Of a stretch of 64,000 nucleotides of DNA, positions 47,101-55,395 are shown piece by piece (position 1 is the first letter of the stretch; the number at the start of each line of letters is the position of its first letter). The notes beneath the pieces were generated by a model. The model was given only the letters and a program-made list of their open reading frames with translations. It was not told the origin of the DNA and ran no database searches. The DNA is from a virus, in the IMG/VR virus record IMGVR_UViG_3300025141_015556. The stretch is one strand, 5' to 3'. Made by a program: the position numbers and the translations under genes.

Positions 47101-47459
47101 TATACTTTATAGGTACTTCCGGGGCGCCCCCCTTTTCTATATTCTTTAACATGGAGCGCGCTTCTAATAATACTGAATATTGTGGCGGCATTACTGATAG
47201 ATGCAGAAATCAACTCAGAAGGTAGCCCGGATGCTGCTTGAGAAAAGGCGCTAGGATCGATATATGGAAACCACAACTCAGGAAAATAAAATTTAAGGAA
47301 TTCAACGGTAGCCAGATCAGTTAAAACATCAGTACGGCCGGTAACTTCAATTTCTTCTGCATAATCAGTTAATAGAACAATATTGTTTATACCATTGTTT
47401 ACTAACGGCAAATTTATCTCTTTATAAAACCAATCTGTTGTAATGTTTGTGTTTGGCAT
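41190..47459 (-). CDS. Large (2089 aa) baseplate/tail-associated protein of unknown function
   Basis: Lies between the spike and gp25 genes. Largely helical with scattered Cys and a C-terminal PPGPFGIIYLLL segment. Confidence 0.55.
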   Translation of the reverse strand: MPNTNITTDWFYKEINLPLVNNGINNIVLLTDYAEEIEVTGRTDVLTDLATVEFLKFYFPELWFPYIDPSAFSQAASGLPSELISASISNAATIFSIIRSALHVKEYRKGGRPGSTYKVYVGMSETMALANRSIDNPIFQNPSWIRRDELAQFLDPNFLESLPLTKICPDDTLTLRERHLGEKVTTLEFTSFPYFPNFSYALDYWNESRQIVLSAPGNTPSALILNWSAVDSELQTINQLMGMYDTQIKEFDGQITPGMNLEQESLRLSETISSLGNLLSLNGLENPTPEDDIQIIFNDRYQIISMLMSRTGIHRQVVVGYLSALDSEPFTNFQTMVYLNRWGDMLSISRGLNSESPSRKFQFFINRIANSVMRTYHILYCGPSHTAPAGEVLETLASYGLAQAVDIPEEGMSAVLGDGTIAKIPAGTKTLHLTFPQLRARTAVLHDPTNQEFILSTELERTEKDVEDAVKKVMNKMREFQNSEGMQIFKEVLNKTGLDMLIKEALRCLIFNSTFQFNDIRSDIKDFISNAENFFEKPRKPKVPKMPTLEIDLSFFSIDGNIHEMIRKMLIDVLLGIVKGLVMGIVELIREACAEKDLAGSGDYGQLNLANMFKAKDPRLNEPSLLGQPVGSAACFSDFLISQDVGMKYLSDVSGILRPSELCQLLKGTATSLVLNEVTNFSALYAENQIRYSLNSTSLVGTFFSCLGNLIDTSSMCEEVLDGIAPRLDDLCLTEEQVLNSVDRENIDNLLDMLENGLEIPIPDINLTCPIKPNYIPNPLVDHSIPQLISTLVEAVAGPLYFAAEATKSILLEPVMGQNKNIAMCAAGLEGQGQFEEADPPDPGPLMDDISEAFEDMMNGINSVSDQAGNLEDNINEFFQNPESAQAQFPCPDIQDVFGGVENLRAVLDALAAVFENFDASALTQLGEDLTNLDHTKPLPSVSYRFPRSVRTGVDEFMPSMATLRPFFELDSKKTFQWFPTFSKTVAFSQATGPESWDVYSTKFDLIDNPPPPALPSSKNMSTVMTLADEVPLQGSSAPPGTSMGAGSAVTPAGAPTSSITQYTLGAPSTPASTAYQTIQHLSNDTINNALPAEKYITTTSFTGGRHFDPAVTSNGQLYSKTEFLDVFGPAAFDTGLGRSWENINANPGAGAFASLAYNSLNSFLKDYSVLETAGWSQTGGSQDSTAGLAVDTVDANAASNKYYNALQNQYYYSAQAGLVKQLTNYCLENGTFTAAKLLKAVFVKDNSECQNDPQKIGDLMDLNGIIKRVQQEYDEGSCSDSTPQRKVVLNCVQYASVLILMQLFIAQFFLKNVFILSAFKLEDLWQNPAVVDQVLNSIYRNFKTYIQDPSLRINIPRALEGQFGPEYSPFETVFTNVANNYIARKYNRPDRNFDPRILEVLGIGPGHEAELLEEGNSVRYILIQRILDSAMAMQNIISKNATKSVEEVFIEDVIGFSEPFIAGVDNISRLPQDLHLAIHPELEKNIDLMGYGGFKLEKIMRWDQVRFIDKTTGEEDPVPYLYHWVDQIAIAAVDSPYPGSSHAGSDDYQNIQSEVRLTATNNPHPDAAYQTNSGPKYQTSMSLEKMIRWLDGDSNFLGVWNSTIQLINLRLTYKLVYYPPFEDSTSHEGFGIGGWGDPKNNLLWPLYDTVFHLQRMESMTEFDDINVNRLNSILNFEEAYLALSDTTGRGNEQDVAPLDNFKTVGIPLFECGTQCLGDAMLGDLEILDQAMADLLSKGSSSGGTMLDPCGDPMSIPGGPGGSGPPPGYTAIQGNVGYIMQLQGVNHVQNVKDSPIFQTFFTKVFDRQQVLTSVLMNSFLLTEQKFSNQISRAFSDPMDTAANIFATAVCSPDAGLRPSEGPITIDYLQGAMAGSKARGFNAQGFILNALRMTPIRIVKGLAEILDPHVAIWKIVRDITGQVLMQLIDAIDTAMATLPPPLSAVTIDARSLILLLFCQLNRKLRGIGVDLDKAPWNGESPEDRLENCAEPGGLKPPAPPGLFPHFGINGIDFTGTLPALFFPPPGPFGIIYLLLNLIPEYNMEGGIVDNEPTEEDASCIDEGPTHTEDEPAAEEEEPVYLSGGGLGTGN

Positions 47460-47465
47460 GATATA

Positions 47466-48473
47466 TTAATTGGTGTTATTCCACTTGCTGTTTATATATT
47501 TTGGTCCCGAGGGCTCCAGCCGATCTGCTCGCGTCATTTCAAGAGTAACTTTGTTTTGAGTAACTCCAACTGTTACATTGGTTAAAACATCAATCATATT
47601 TTTAACTCCCATAGCTGTTAAAGGAGGAGAAGGGCTTGAAATCAATCCCGGCCAATTGCTGTGGTGTTGGTGGTTCATTACAACTGAATTAAAATTTTGT
47701 TGATATGTGGAAAAAGTGTCGATAAACTTTCTCAAATTGATAAGTTCCTCAAAAATACGCTTTAAAGTGTCTACCAGATTATCTCCCTTTACAAGCGGCT
47801 GTAGGGAGTTTGTATTATCAAATTTAGGTTCTGAGCAAATGTTGCCGGCAATTAAATCAATTCCGGCATAATGACCCTCTATCTTGCCCCCTTGAGAGTT
47901 GTGCGTGTCCCCGCCGCTAATCAATTTAATGCCCTGGCGACCTATAACACGAATGGCGTCGGCTTTTATCGCCACACAGGACTGCGCCTCGTCGAATTTA
48001 GTATTGCCCACTTTACCGGCCGCGAGGCCAAAATATGTGTCGACATCAGATTTTTGTGAGATATAGATTCGGGCGGCGTCTCTTTTAAAGTCTGGATCAA
48101 TATAAATATTTTCTGTCGTTTCGTCATCAGGTTTGCCGGGGGCGGCCCAATTTGCCGTTACTGACTTTGCGGCATTAATGCCCATACGCCCAGCAACAAT
48201 ATCTATAGATCCACAATGAGTGTGGCCTTTGCCCCCATAACCGTGAAGAGGAGTACCATTTCTATCGACACCTAAAATAACAAACGCATTTCCCTTTTGC
48301 AAAGAGCCCTTAGTTATGGGCCCTTCCGCTTCGGTCAAAATAAACCCCGGTACATCGTCATCAAGGCGCTGCTGTCCGGCAATCCCATACCATCGAGAGC
48401 GCTCGCCTTCAGGAAGATTCGCTAGCCAATCTCTCATTCCCGGGGAATATTTAACTGCTTTTTTGGTGCCCAT
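47466..48473 (-). CDS. Baseplate spike, gp5 C-terminal/gpV-like
   Basis: Beta-helix-like strands ARIYISQKSDVD and IKADAIRVIGRQGIKLIS, with an HxH apex-like motif HQHH followed by SSPSP. Confidence 0.5.
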   Translation of the reverse strand: MGTKKAVKYSPGMRDWLANLPEGERSRWYGIAGQQRLDDDVPGFILTEAEGPITKGSLQKGNAFVILGVDRNGTPLHGYGGKGHTHCGSIDIVAGRMGINAAKSVTANWAAPGKPDDETTENIYIDPDFKRDAARIYISQKSDVDTYFGLAAGKVGNTKFDEAQSCVAIKADAIRVIGRQGIKLISGGDTHNSQGGKIEGHYAGIDLIAGNICSEPKFDNTNSLQPLVKGDNLVDTLKRIFEELINLRKFIDTFSTYQQNFNSVVMNHQHHSNWPGLISSPSPPLTAMGVKNMIDVLTNVTVGVTQNKVTLEMTRADRLEPSGPKYINSKWNNTN

Positions 48474-48482
48474 GCTTGTGTT

Positions 48483-49775
48483 TTATTGTGATTTTCCTAA
48501 TTCTTCACACCCGGCGACGGATTTGGAGTCACCAGCTGCCGACGGCACCACATCGGCCTTGTTGTCCTTTAACCACTTAAGTGGTTCCACGCGTACACTG
48601 CCGTAGCCCTCGCCCGAGTACTTAATGTTCTCCTTGTTCACTGCTTTGCCATTCCCGACGAGGGCTTCGACATCATAGACTTCAAAATGTAGGTGCGGGC
48701 CGGTGCTTCCGCCACTAGTGCCCATAAATCCTATGGGGGTCGCCGCCTTCACGATGGCGTTTTGCTGGGGGAACGCCTTCCTCCACTGGTCTATATTGCT
48801 TCCGCGGACGGAGTATCGGCCGGGGCCGAGGAGATGAGAATAGCGCGTAACTGATTTGCTTTCCTCGTGGTATATGAGAACCGTGTACCCATAACCCCTT
48901 TCCCATCCTTTAAAAATCACAAGGCCGTCCGAAGCGGCAAGAGCTTCTATGGCGTTACAGGTGCCGGCCTCGGTCTGTTCGCTCAGGAAGCGATTGTCGG
49001 ACGTCCAGCATTTGGCCTTGCCCATCGCATCCTTAGTTGGCGCAATATCAATTCCATGGTGTGGTTTTATCTTTCCAGAGCCTTTTGGATCCAGACGCCT
49101 TGGGTTCTTGCAGCTCGTAATTACCCATCTACTATTGGGAAGATTTAAAGGAAATACCCAGTCCTCAGTGGATACTTTCTGCACCACGTCAATTCGTTGG
49201 ACATGGTTTCTAGTCCAGTAGTCGCCTAACTTTTCCGACCCAGCAATTAATAATTTGCGTTTTGTGGTGCGGATCACTACCGGTCTTTTTGTAATATCAT
49301 TTTGTGCAAATCGTACTTTTACAATAGTTCCGGGGGCCAAATTTCCAAAATTTTCGCCAATAATAGTGGCAGCGTCTGGATATGTATTAATAATTGCTTG
49401 ATGAATTCCGGTTACGGTAATCGATGTAAGTTTATTAGGGGCTGGTAAATATCCATGAAGCTCGGGTATCATTATTTTATAAGCCCAATAGTCGGTATCC
49501 TGCTGCTGGCTCTGGTCGGCGGTGGCGCGAACTGTTCTTTGTATTTCGTCTGCAACAATAGGATAAGGGCTCTGCGATGATCTTAAAATAATACCATTCC
49601 ACACTGTTTTACCTCTTGTAATATTTGGTATATAATAATGTGAAAAAGCTTTTGCTTGAGAAGTTAAGGCAGTCGAGTACTTATTTTGGCCCAAACGCGG
49701 CTGGTCGGCCTGCAATTCGATCGTGTTGGTCGATCCAAATGTGAGCTGTTCCCACTTTGTTATGGTCGAGGTCAT
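48483..49775 (-). CDS. gp5 N-terminal OB-fold-like domain fused to an M23 peptidase (virion-associated peptidoglycan hydrolase)
   Basis: M23 motifs HHGIDI, YSHL and GTSGGSTGPHLHFEV. The N-terminal YKIMIPELH...PGTIVKVRF is OB-fold-like. Confidence 0.75.
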   Translation of the reverse strand: MTSTITKWEQLTFGSTNTIELQADQPRLGQNKYSTALTSQAKAFSHYYIPNITRGKTVWNGIILRSSQSPYPIVADEIQRTVRATADQSQQQDTDYWAYKIMIPELHGYLPAPNKLTSITVTGIHQAIINTYPDAATIIGENFGNLAPGTIVKVRFAQNDITKRPVVIRTTKRKLLIAGSEKLGDYWTRNHVQRIDVVQKVSTEDWVFPLNLPNSRWVITSCKNPRRLDPKGSGKIKPHHGIDIAPTKDAMGKAKCWTSDNRFLSEQTEAGTCNAIEALAASDGLVIFKGWERGYGYTVLIYHEESKSVTRYSHLLGPGRYSVRGSNIDQWRKAFPQQNAIVKAATPIGFMGTSGGSTGPHLHFEVYDVEALVGNGKAVNKENIKYSGEGYGSVRVEPLKWLKDNKADVVPSAAGDSKSVAGCEELGKSQ

Positions 49776-50071
49776 TATTCCTCTTCCTTGTTTAACATAT
49801 CATAGAGCTCTTCTTTGTCAGAATCGCTCAAGGAGGTACTGCCGATTTGCTGTTTTTGAAGCAAGGAAGTTATTTTAACCATTTGTTCATTTGATCTTTG
49901 CAGATTTTCTATGTACTTGGCCGCAACAGAACCCAACTCCCTGCGCGCAGAGTCAGTTTGTTTCATGTCGTTCATAGCGTCCATAAGAAGTGTTTTTGCA
50001 AGAGCCCGATCTTCTCTTATGTTACGGGTTGCCTCTTCTATATAGCTGTCTAAATTTCGCCCTTTTCCCAT
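49775..50071 (-). CDS. Small helical protein; possible terminase small subunit
   Basis: Helical-hairpin pattern loosely like gp16-type TerS. The assignment is weak. Confidence 0.3.
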   Translation of the reverse strand: MGKGRNLDSYIEEATRNIREDRALAKTLLMDAMNDMKQTDSARRELGSVAAKYIENLQRSNEQMVKITSLLQKQQIGSTSLSDSDKEELYDMLNKEEE

Positions 50072-50748
50072 CTTTCTTTAAAAGCCTTATATTTTTTACG
50101 AAGTTTGTTCAAATTATTAACTACCTGTTTAGTGTTAAGCCCGGTGAGTTCTCGTAAGTATAAATAAATAGCTTTCTTGTTAAAAATTTCTATATCCTCG
50201 GAACTTTCGAACAATATTTTAACTGCTTCTAAAACTTTTCGTTCGTTCTCTTTTATCATATCGTCGGACCAAGTTTTTACTTCTTCATAAAAATTATCCC
50301 AAAATTCTTTTTCTTCGCGGAGACGGTCATATTGTTTTTCTTGGGAGATTAGCCTCTCCTCCAAAGGATTGAGCATGTCCTCAAAATATATTTCTTTTTG
50401 GTTTCGCCGGGCATTTCTTTTAACTTTATGAATAAACCAATTTTTTGTTACAACAGAAAAATATGAAAATGCCTTAGACCCCTTGCTTGGATCATATTTA
50501 TTTAAAATAGTGGTTAGCCATATCTTGCAATCATCACGCAAAGAATCTATATTTGGCAAAGAGGTAAATCGATAAGTGAAAATTATCTTATTCACCATTT
50601 CATCAAGAGCCGGCTGAATGAGATCTTTATACAGTACGCCGCGGCGGTCTCGGTCTGCTGTGTTGGAATATTCTATGATCGCTTCTTCATGAACCTTCGT
50701 AAAATAATAATTCTTATTCCGCTTCTTCTTTTTGGTACTCCGTGGCAT
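50050..50748 (-). CDS. Late-transcription sigma factor (T4 gp55-like)
   Basis: Sigma region-2-like segment DDCKIWL...KYDPSKGSKAFSYFSVVTKNWFIHKVKR. Confidence 0.7.
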   Translation of the reverse strand: MPRSTKKKKRNKNYYFTKVHEEAIIEYSNTADRDRRGVLYKDLIQPALDEMVNKIIFTYRFTSLPNIDSLRDDCKIWLTTILNKYDPSKGSKAFSYFSVVTKNWFIHKVKRNARRNQKEIYFEDMLNPLEERLISQEKQYDRLREEKEFWDNFYEEVKTWSDDMIKENERKVLEAVKILFESSEDIEIFNKKAIYLYLRELTGLNTKQVVNNLNKLRKKYKAFKERWEKGEI

Positions 50749-51049
50749 CTTCCTCCTCTGCTAGCATTACTTCGGTTGTGAGACTATATATTTCTTCAAA
50801 TTTTTCCAACTCTTCTCTCACGATTTTTGTTCTTTCAATGAGTCCTTCAATTACCGGCTCACCATGATACATTTCCATTTGAAACAAATTATCAACATAC
50901 TCTTCAAAGGAGCTAAAAATGATATATAAATCGCCTAAATTATCGGATGTATAAAGCAGCTTTGATAAAATCTTTAAGATATACCATACAAAAACTATAT
51001 TGAGTGCCACCGAGATTGCTAAAATTATTGGGATGTATAAGCCGCTCAT
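50714..51049 (-). CDS. Hypothetical membrane-anchored protein
   Basis: N-terminal TM followed by an acidic helical region. Confidence 0.55.
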   Translation of the reverse strand: MSGLYIPIILAISVALNIVFVWYILKILSKLLYTSDNLGDLYIIFSSFEEYVDNLFQMEMYHGEPVIEGLIERTKIVREELEKFEEIYSLTTEVMLAEEEDATEYQKEEAE

Positions 51050-51300
51050 TGTCTTTTTTTCTCAAGCACTTCTTTTTGTTTTTGAAGATCTTTTCGAGCC
51101 TCTTTTATAAATTCTTCAGTCGCTTGGCCTATCTTCCCGTATTTTTTTTCTTTTTTTAGATTCAAATTGATTTTAGGTATTAACTTAATTAATGATTTTT
51201 TAGCACCACACTCCGTGCAATCTTCCCACGTTTCAATATGCGGGTGCACGACTGTGCACTCATTTTTACATGAGTCACATCTATAAGAATACCTAGGCAT
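51046..51300 (-). CDS. FmdB-family zinc-ribbon protein
   Basis: MPRYSYRCDSC...CTECG. Confidence 0.75.
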   Translation of the reverse strand: MPRYSYRCDSCKNECTVVHPHIETWEDCTECGAKKSLIKLIPKINLNLKKEKKYGKIGQATEEFIKEARKDLQKQKEVLEKKRQ

Positions 51301-51302
51301 TA

Positions 51303-51539
51303 TTAGTTCATGTCTTTATCCGACAAGGTCGCGGTGGCGAACTCTTCAACATTCTTCACCTCAACGCCCTCTAAACTAACCACCGGAGGATTGGTTACCA
51401 CCAGCGTACTGTGGCTAGAATCTGCCGGATCGAATTGGAAATTCATTTCCCCCAAAAGGGGCACAATGTCTGTTTCTTCCATTAAACACTTTTGTAACGC
51501 CATCATTAAGGCTCCCATGGCTTGATTTCCTAATTTCAT
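51303..51539 (-). CDS. Hypothetical protein
   Basis: 78 aa with an AAGGAG SD. Confidence 0.6.
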   Translation of the reverse strand: MKLGNQAMGALMMALQKCLMEETDIVPLLGEMNFQFDPADSSHSTLVVTNPPVVSLEGVEVKNVEEFATATLSDKDMN

Positions 51540-51701
51540 TTACTTACTTCTCCTTTCGAGTTCTCGTAGCCGCCGATCAATGTCTTTTAAGTGCTTTTCC
51601 AATTCGCGAGCTTGAGTACGAATGGCCGTCTCGACCATGGTCTCTGCGAGATCTTTTACGCGCTGTTCCGACAGCGTTACTGCCTTTTTAGCTGTTTTCA
51701 T
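51540..51701 (-). CDS. 53-aa coiled-coil protein (not in the ORF track)
   Basis: [57 protein letters not shown] overlap upstream, and its TAA directly abuts the next ATG. Confidence 0.7.
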   Translation of the reverse strand: MKTAKKAVTLSEQRVKDLAETMVETAIRTQARELEKHLKDIDRRLRELERRSK

Positions 51702-52015
51702 TTGATATTTTCCTTCCTTTCTTTAAAATATTCTATAGAATTTATTGATTTATCATCAATATATAGATCATAGTGAGGTTTCCCAAGTTTTAAATCGTGA
51801 TGTTTGGCTCCCCACTCTTCTAGCTGATTTTTTGTTAATTCTGTCCAATCAATTTTAGTTTTACTTCCGCGCGCCGTCCAATATACAATTGTATTGCCCT
51901 CATCATAAAGTTTATTTACTTTTACTATATTTTCTTGAATAGGAACGGCCTTTGGATATTCGCGTTCGTTTTCATAAAAACATATTGTTTCGTCTATATC
52001 AACATAAATTATCAC
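51698..52015 (-). CDS. HAD-superfamily phosphatase (capsule-biosynthesis phosphatase-like)
   Basis: Motifs [13 protein letters not shown] and [11 protein letters not shown]. Confidence 0.8.
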   Translation of the reverse strand: MIIYVDIDETICFYENEREYPKAVPIQENIVKVNKLYDEGNTIVYWTARGSKTKIDWTELTKNQLEEWGAKHHDLKLGKPHYDLYIDDKSINSIEYFKERKENIK

Positions 52016-52404
52016 TTATAATTCTCCAAAATATTAGTAGTTGAGTAATTTTTCATTCTATCAAAAAATAATATTTTTTTTGCATATTCCGCGCCAACTA
52101 TTTTTTTTTCTTCCCAATCTGATCCGACTACCATTATATCAGGATTAATTTCTTTTATACAGTCCTCTAATTCCACCGGTGAGTCGAATATTCTTACCTC
52201 ATCAATATGTTGTAGACACTCTAATAAAAATTTTCGATCCTCTTGGGTGTTAACTGGTCGCTTGGAGCCCTTATCTTTTTTAACTTTTTTATCAGAATCG
52301 ATCCCCACTATTAATTTATCACCCATAGACCTTGCAAATTTAAACAATTCGGCGTGACCTCGATGAAGCACATCAAAACATCCGTTAGTCCAGACTACTT
52401 TCAT
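52012..52404 (-). CDS. Cytidylyltransferase-family sugar-1-phosphate nucleotidyltransferase (HldE C-terminal/RfaE2-like)
   Basis: Motifs [27 protein letters not shown] and YSTT. Confidence 0.85.
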   Translation of the reverse strand: MKVVWTNGCFDVLHRGHAELFKFARSMGDKLIVGIDSDKKVKKDKGSKRPVNTQEDRKFLLECLQHIDEVRIFDSPVELEDCIKEINPDIMVVGSDWEEKKIVGAEYAKKILFFDRMKNYSTTNILENYK

Positions 52405-53144
52405 TTTAAAATGCTAACGCCCCTTCTTTGGACTACCAACGTGGCCGATTCATTGGCGAATTTGATTGATTCCTGCATGGAGCCGGTTTCAATATATTTA
52501 ACCACCAAAGAGGCAACAAACGTATCGCCGGCGCCAGATAAATCTTTTATTTGAACTTCGGGGACCGCGTAAATAACATTATTGTGGCGAGCGCCGCGAG
52601 GGCCCAGCGTAACGATTAATTTTTCCTCAAGGACGTCGGTTAAGCGATCTTCAGAACGCCTATATTCTGCTTGATTGATTTTAATATAAGAGGTTTTCTC
52701 AGCCCAGGCGCCCAAAGTTTTTTTTGTGTCCAGAAAAACCACATTATGGTTGGAAGAAATATATTCTATGTGTTCTTCCAATAAAAATCCTTTATTGTAG
52801 TCTGATATAACCACGCCATCGTAATTTGTAAATCTAATTTTTTTAAGTTTTTCAAATGCGATGGGCTCATACAAATCATCATTCTTATCCAGACGCATTA
52901 ACATATGATTGGTTTTATAATCTATAAATCTAGTTTTTGTTATGTCTTTCCAATTTTTGTTTGTACAAAGATCCGCTTCTGCCCCAAAACTTGCAATGTT
53001 TTTTTGAACATTCAGCGCCATGCCGCCATTTTCAACCGTCTTAAAGGGATTAAAAATTGGGGCCGGCGCAGTTGGTTCTAGACGATCACAATTACCATAG
53101 ACAAAAATGTCTCTGCAACTGTCGCCTATCACCAAGATTTTCAT
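52401..53144 (-). CDS. PfkB-family sugar-phosphate kinase (HldE N-terminal/RfaE1-like)
   Basis: Motifs LVIGD...D.FVYG.C.RL.P.APAP, ISDYNKG and DLSGAGDTF. Confidence 0.85.
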   Translation of the reverse strand: MKILVIGDSCRDIFVYGNCDRLEPTAPAPIFNPFKTVENGGMALNVQKNIASFGAEADLCTNKNWKDITKTRFIDYKTNHMLMRLDKNDDLYEPIAFEKLKKIRFTNYDGVVISDYNKGFLLEEHIEYISSNHNVVFLDTKKTLGAWAEKTSYIKINQAEYRRSEDRLTDVLEEKLIVTLGPRGARHNNVIYAVPEVQIKDLSGAGDTFVASLVVKYIETGSMQESIKFANESATLVVQRRGVSILK

Positions 53145-53145
53145 G

Positions 53146-54381
53146 TCAGCCTCTCACAACGTCACAGATGAAGCTTATCTCATGTGGGAGTAGTTCGGGG
53201 TAGTTTGGCAAAAAGAACCCCGTAGAATGGATCCTGTCGCTCATAGGGGCCTCAAATTCACCATATAGGTCAGCCCAGAACGGATGGCGGCCGAGATTCC
53301 CAGCGCTAAAGATTCTCGTCTCAATCCCATTCTCAATCAATCTTTTAACAATTTCTTTTCTGTGTTCTGTGCTTTTAGCTAGCGCGCCAAACGAAATGGA
53401 AACTGGATTATTGTCGCCCCAATCCTGAAATTCTACACACCCCTCTAGTTCCGCTGCATATTGTAGATGATTTCGATTCCTTTTTTTGGCAACCCATTCG
53501 GCACGTTCAATTTGCTTTATGCCCAAAAACGCTTGTAAATCGGTTGATCTTAAATTAAATCCGGGCACAAAAAAGGTAAAGGGCTTATGAAAATCGTCTA
53601 CTTGATATTCCTCGATCATTGCTTCATAAACGCCAGAATCAAGGTCTTTACCCCATCCATGGCTCCGCAACATTAATAAAATCTGTTGAAGTTCCATATC
53701 ATTTGTATTAACCATTCCCCCTTCAATCGTAGATAATTGATGTCCAAAATAAAAAGAAAACGAAGACATGTCGCCAACTGTTCCAACTTTGGCTCCGTCA
53801 GCATAAGATGCGCCCAATGCTGCGCAAGCATCTTCCATTAAAAAGAAGCCATATTTTTCTTTAAGCTGTAGAATCCTCTCTCTATGGTGCGGAACACCAA
53901 GAACCTGAACAAAAATAACTGCGTCGGGATTCTCCTTTTTACAAATCTTCTCCAGCTCGTCTAGGTCAATTCCATAGGTTTTTTTGTCTGCTTCAACCAT
54001 TATCGGTTCTAAACCAAATTGAATAGCGGGAGCAATGGTGGTCACCCAGCCCACAGATGGAACGACTATTTTTTTGTTTTCTATTTTACCGGCCATCATC
54101 GCGGCATAGATCATCAACAGATTGGCGGAAGAACCAGAATTATTAAAAACAGCAAATCTAGTTCCAATAAACTCGGCCCACTTTTTTTCTATCCCTGGCG
54201 TTAAATTGCCCTTTGTAAGCCTAGGATACGACTTAAGCCAATTACAAAGATCATCAATATCCTTTTCGTTGATGGTTTCTTTGGCTAATGGATATTTAAT
54301 TTCAGGCGCCTTGTTTGGATCGGCCGCAGGATCATACTCTTTAACACCATGTTTGCCCAATTCAATATATTTAACACTCAT
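53146..54381 (-). CDS. PLP-dependent DegT/DnrJ family enzyme, His-type NDP-4-keto-6-deoxy-sugar 3-dehydratase (ColD/RfbH-like)
   Basis: Motifs NSGSSANLL, EDACAALG and SFSFYFGHQLSTIEGG, with His in place of the Schiff-base Lys. Start placed at MSVKY. Confidence 0.8.
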   Translation of the reverse strand: MSVKYIELGKHGVKEYDPAADPNKAPEIKYPLAKETINEKDIDDLCNWLKSYPRLTKGNLTPGIEKKWAEFIGTRFAVFNNSGSSANLLMIYAAMMAGKIENKKIVVPSVGWVTTIAPAIQFGLEPIMVEADKKTYGIDLDELEKICKKENPDAVIFVQVLGVPHHRERILQLKEKYGFFLMEDACAALGASYADGAKVGTVGDMSSFSFYFGHQLSTIEGGMVNTNDMELQQILLMLRSHGWGKDLDSGVYEAMIEEYQVDDFHKPFTFFVPGFNLRSTDLQAFLGIKQIERAEWVAKKRNRNHLQYAAELEGCVEFQDWGDNNPVSISFGALAKSTEHRKEIVKRLIENGIETRIFSAGNLGRHPFWADLYGEFEAPMSDRIHSTGFFLPNYPELLPHEISFICDVVRG

Positions 54382-55382
54382 TCTTTTCTCCCAAATTGGC
54401 ATTGACACCATGGTGCACGGGCCGCACCATCTATTGCGCCCGCAATCGCGTCGACCTGTTCGAAGGCAAATGTTTCATTTCCATATAGATCTCCCCAGTC
54501 TCCGACATATTCATCTGCATCCTCTATTATTTCTTCATAATTTAGATCATCCACCCAATCGCCTACCTGTAATTTGTAGGAACCGCCGCGAACGCGCTTG
54601 TTGGGGAAGTATTCAACCCACTTCATAATAGTGTCTATAAATTCGGGAGGAGCTTTGAATTGCAATTCATATAATTCTTGCTTTACCACGTGAACATCAG
54701 AAAAAGAATACTTCTTACTAAAAAATGATATCATTTTTTTACCGACCAGATCTTTTAAAAATTTTTCGGGGTCGGCGGAGATCTTTTCTTTTATCATATC
54801 GTTGTGGTAGACGCGCTGTTCTAAAAACTCTTTTAAAATTTCTGGTTTCTTTTCAACATACTTTATGATAAATTCAAGAACGGCGCTATAAACACCGGGC
54901 CAATGACCCCCGTGTAAATTAAATTCATCTCCGGTGATATATCCTCCCTTTTTCACTTTCGGAAGCCAATGCGCCAAATCGGCTTTTGCATCTTTATATT
55001 CGTATGAAGCGTCGAAATGGATCCAATCAAAATAATGATTTTCAAACTTTTTTGACGCTTCTACGGAATAATCTTGAATCAACGTAACGCCACCCTTATC
55101 AGAAAAATAATCAAACGTCACTTCTTTATGTTTCTTGGTGTCCCATCTTTTGTTACTCCATTCACACATATCCCATGGGTCAATCAAATAAAGTTCTTTA
55201 GGAGCGCATAACTCATAGATAGCGGCTGCATTATCACCTCTATCTACTCCTATTTCTGCTACTATAGCATTTGAAGGCAAAGTTTCATATAGAGCCTCCC
55301 TTGAAGAGGATGCCTCTTTATATGGAACTCCTCCATCTGTCAACATTTTTATATATTCTGCTTTGGTTGGGCCTATACTCAT
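54378..55382 (-). CDS. Class I SAM-dependent methyltransferase (Methyltransf_24-like)
   Basis: Motifs AEIGVDRG, YLIDPW, FDWIHFDA and KVKKGGYITGD. Confidence 0.8.
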   Translation of the reverse strand: MSIGPTKAEYIKMLTDGGVPYKEASSSREALYETLPSNAIVAEIGVDRGDNAAAIYELCAPKELYLIDPWDMCEWSNKRWDTKKHKEVTFDYFSDKGGVTLIQDYSVEASKKFENHYFDWIHFDASYEYKDAKADLAHWLPKVKKGGYITGDEFNLHGGHWPGVYSAVLEFIIKYVEKKPEILKEFLEQRVYHNDMIKEKISADPEKFLKDLVGKKMISFFSKKYSFSDVHVVKQELYELQFKAPPEFIDTIMKWVEYFPNKRVRGGSYKLQVGDWVDDLNYEEIIEDADEYVGDWGDLYGNETFAFEQVDAIAGAIDGAARAPWCQCQFGRKE

Positions 55383-55395
55383 AATTTATTTTCTC

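Noticed and set aside
41190-47459. Tape measure protein assignment for the 2089-aa ORF
   Set aside because: No clear periodic repeats or typical Ala/Gly-rich helical pattern, so it is left as unknown.
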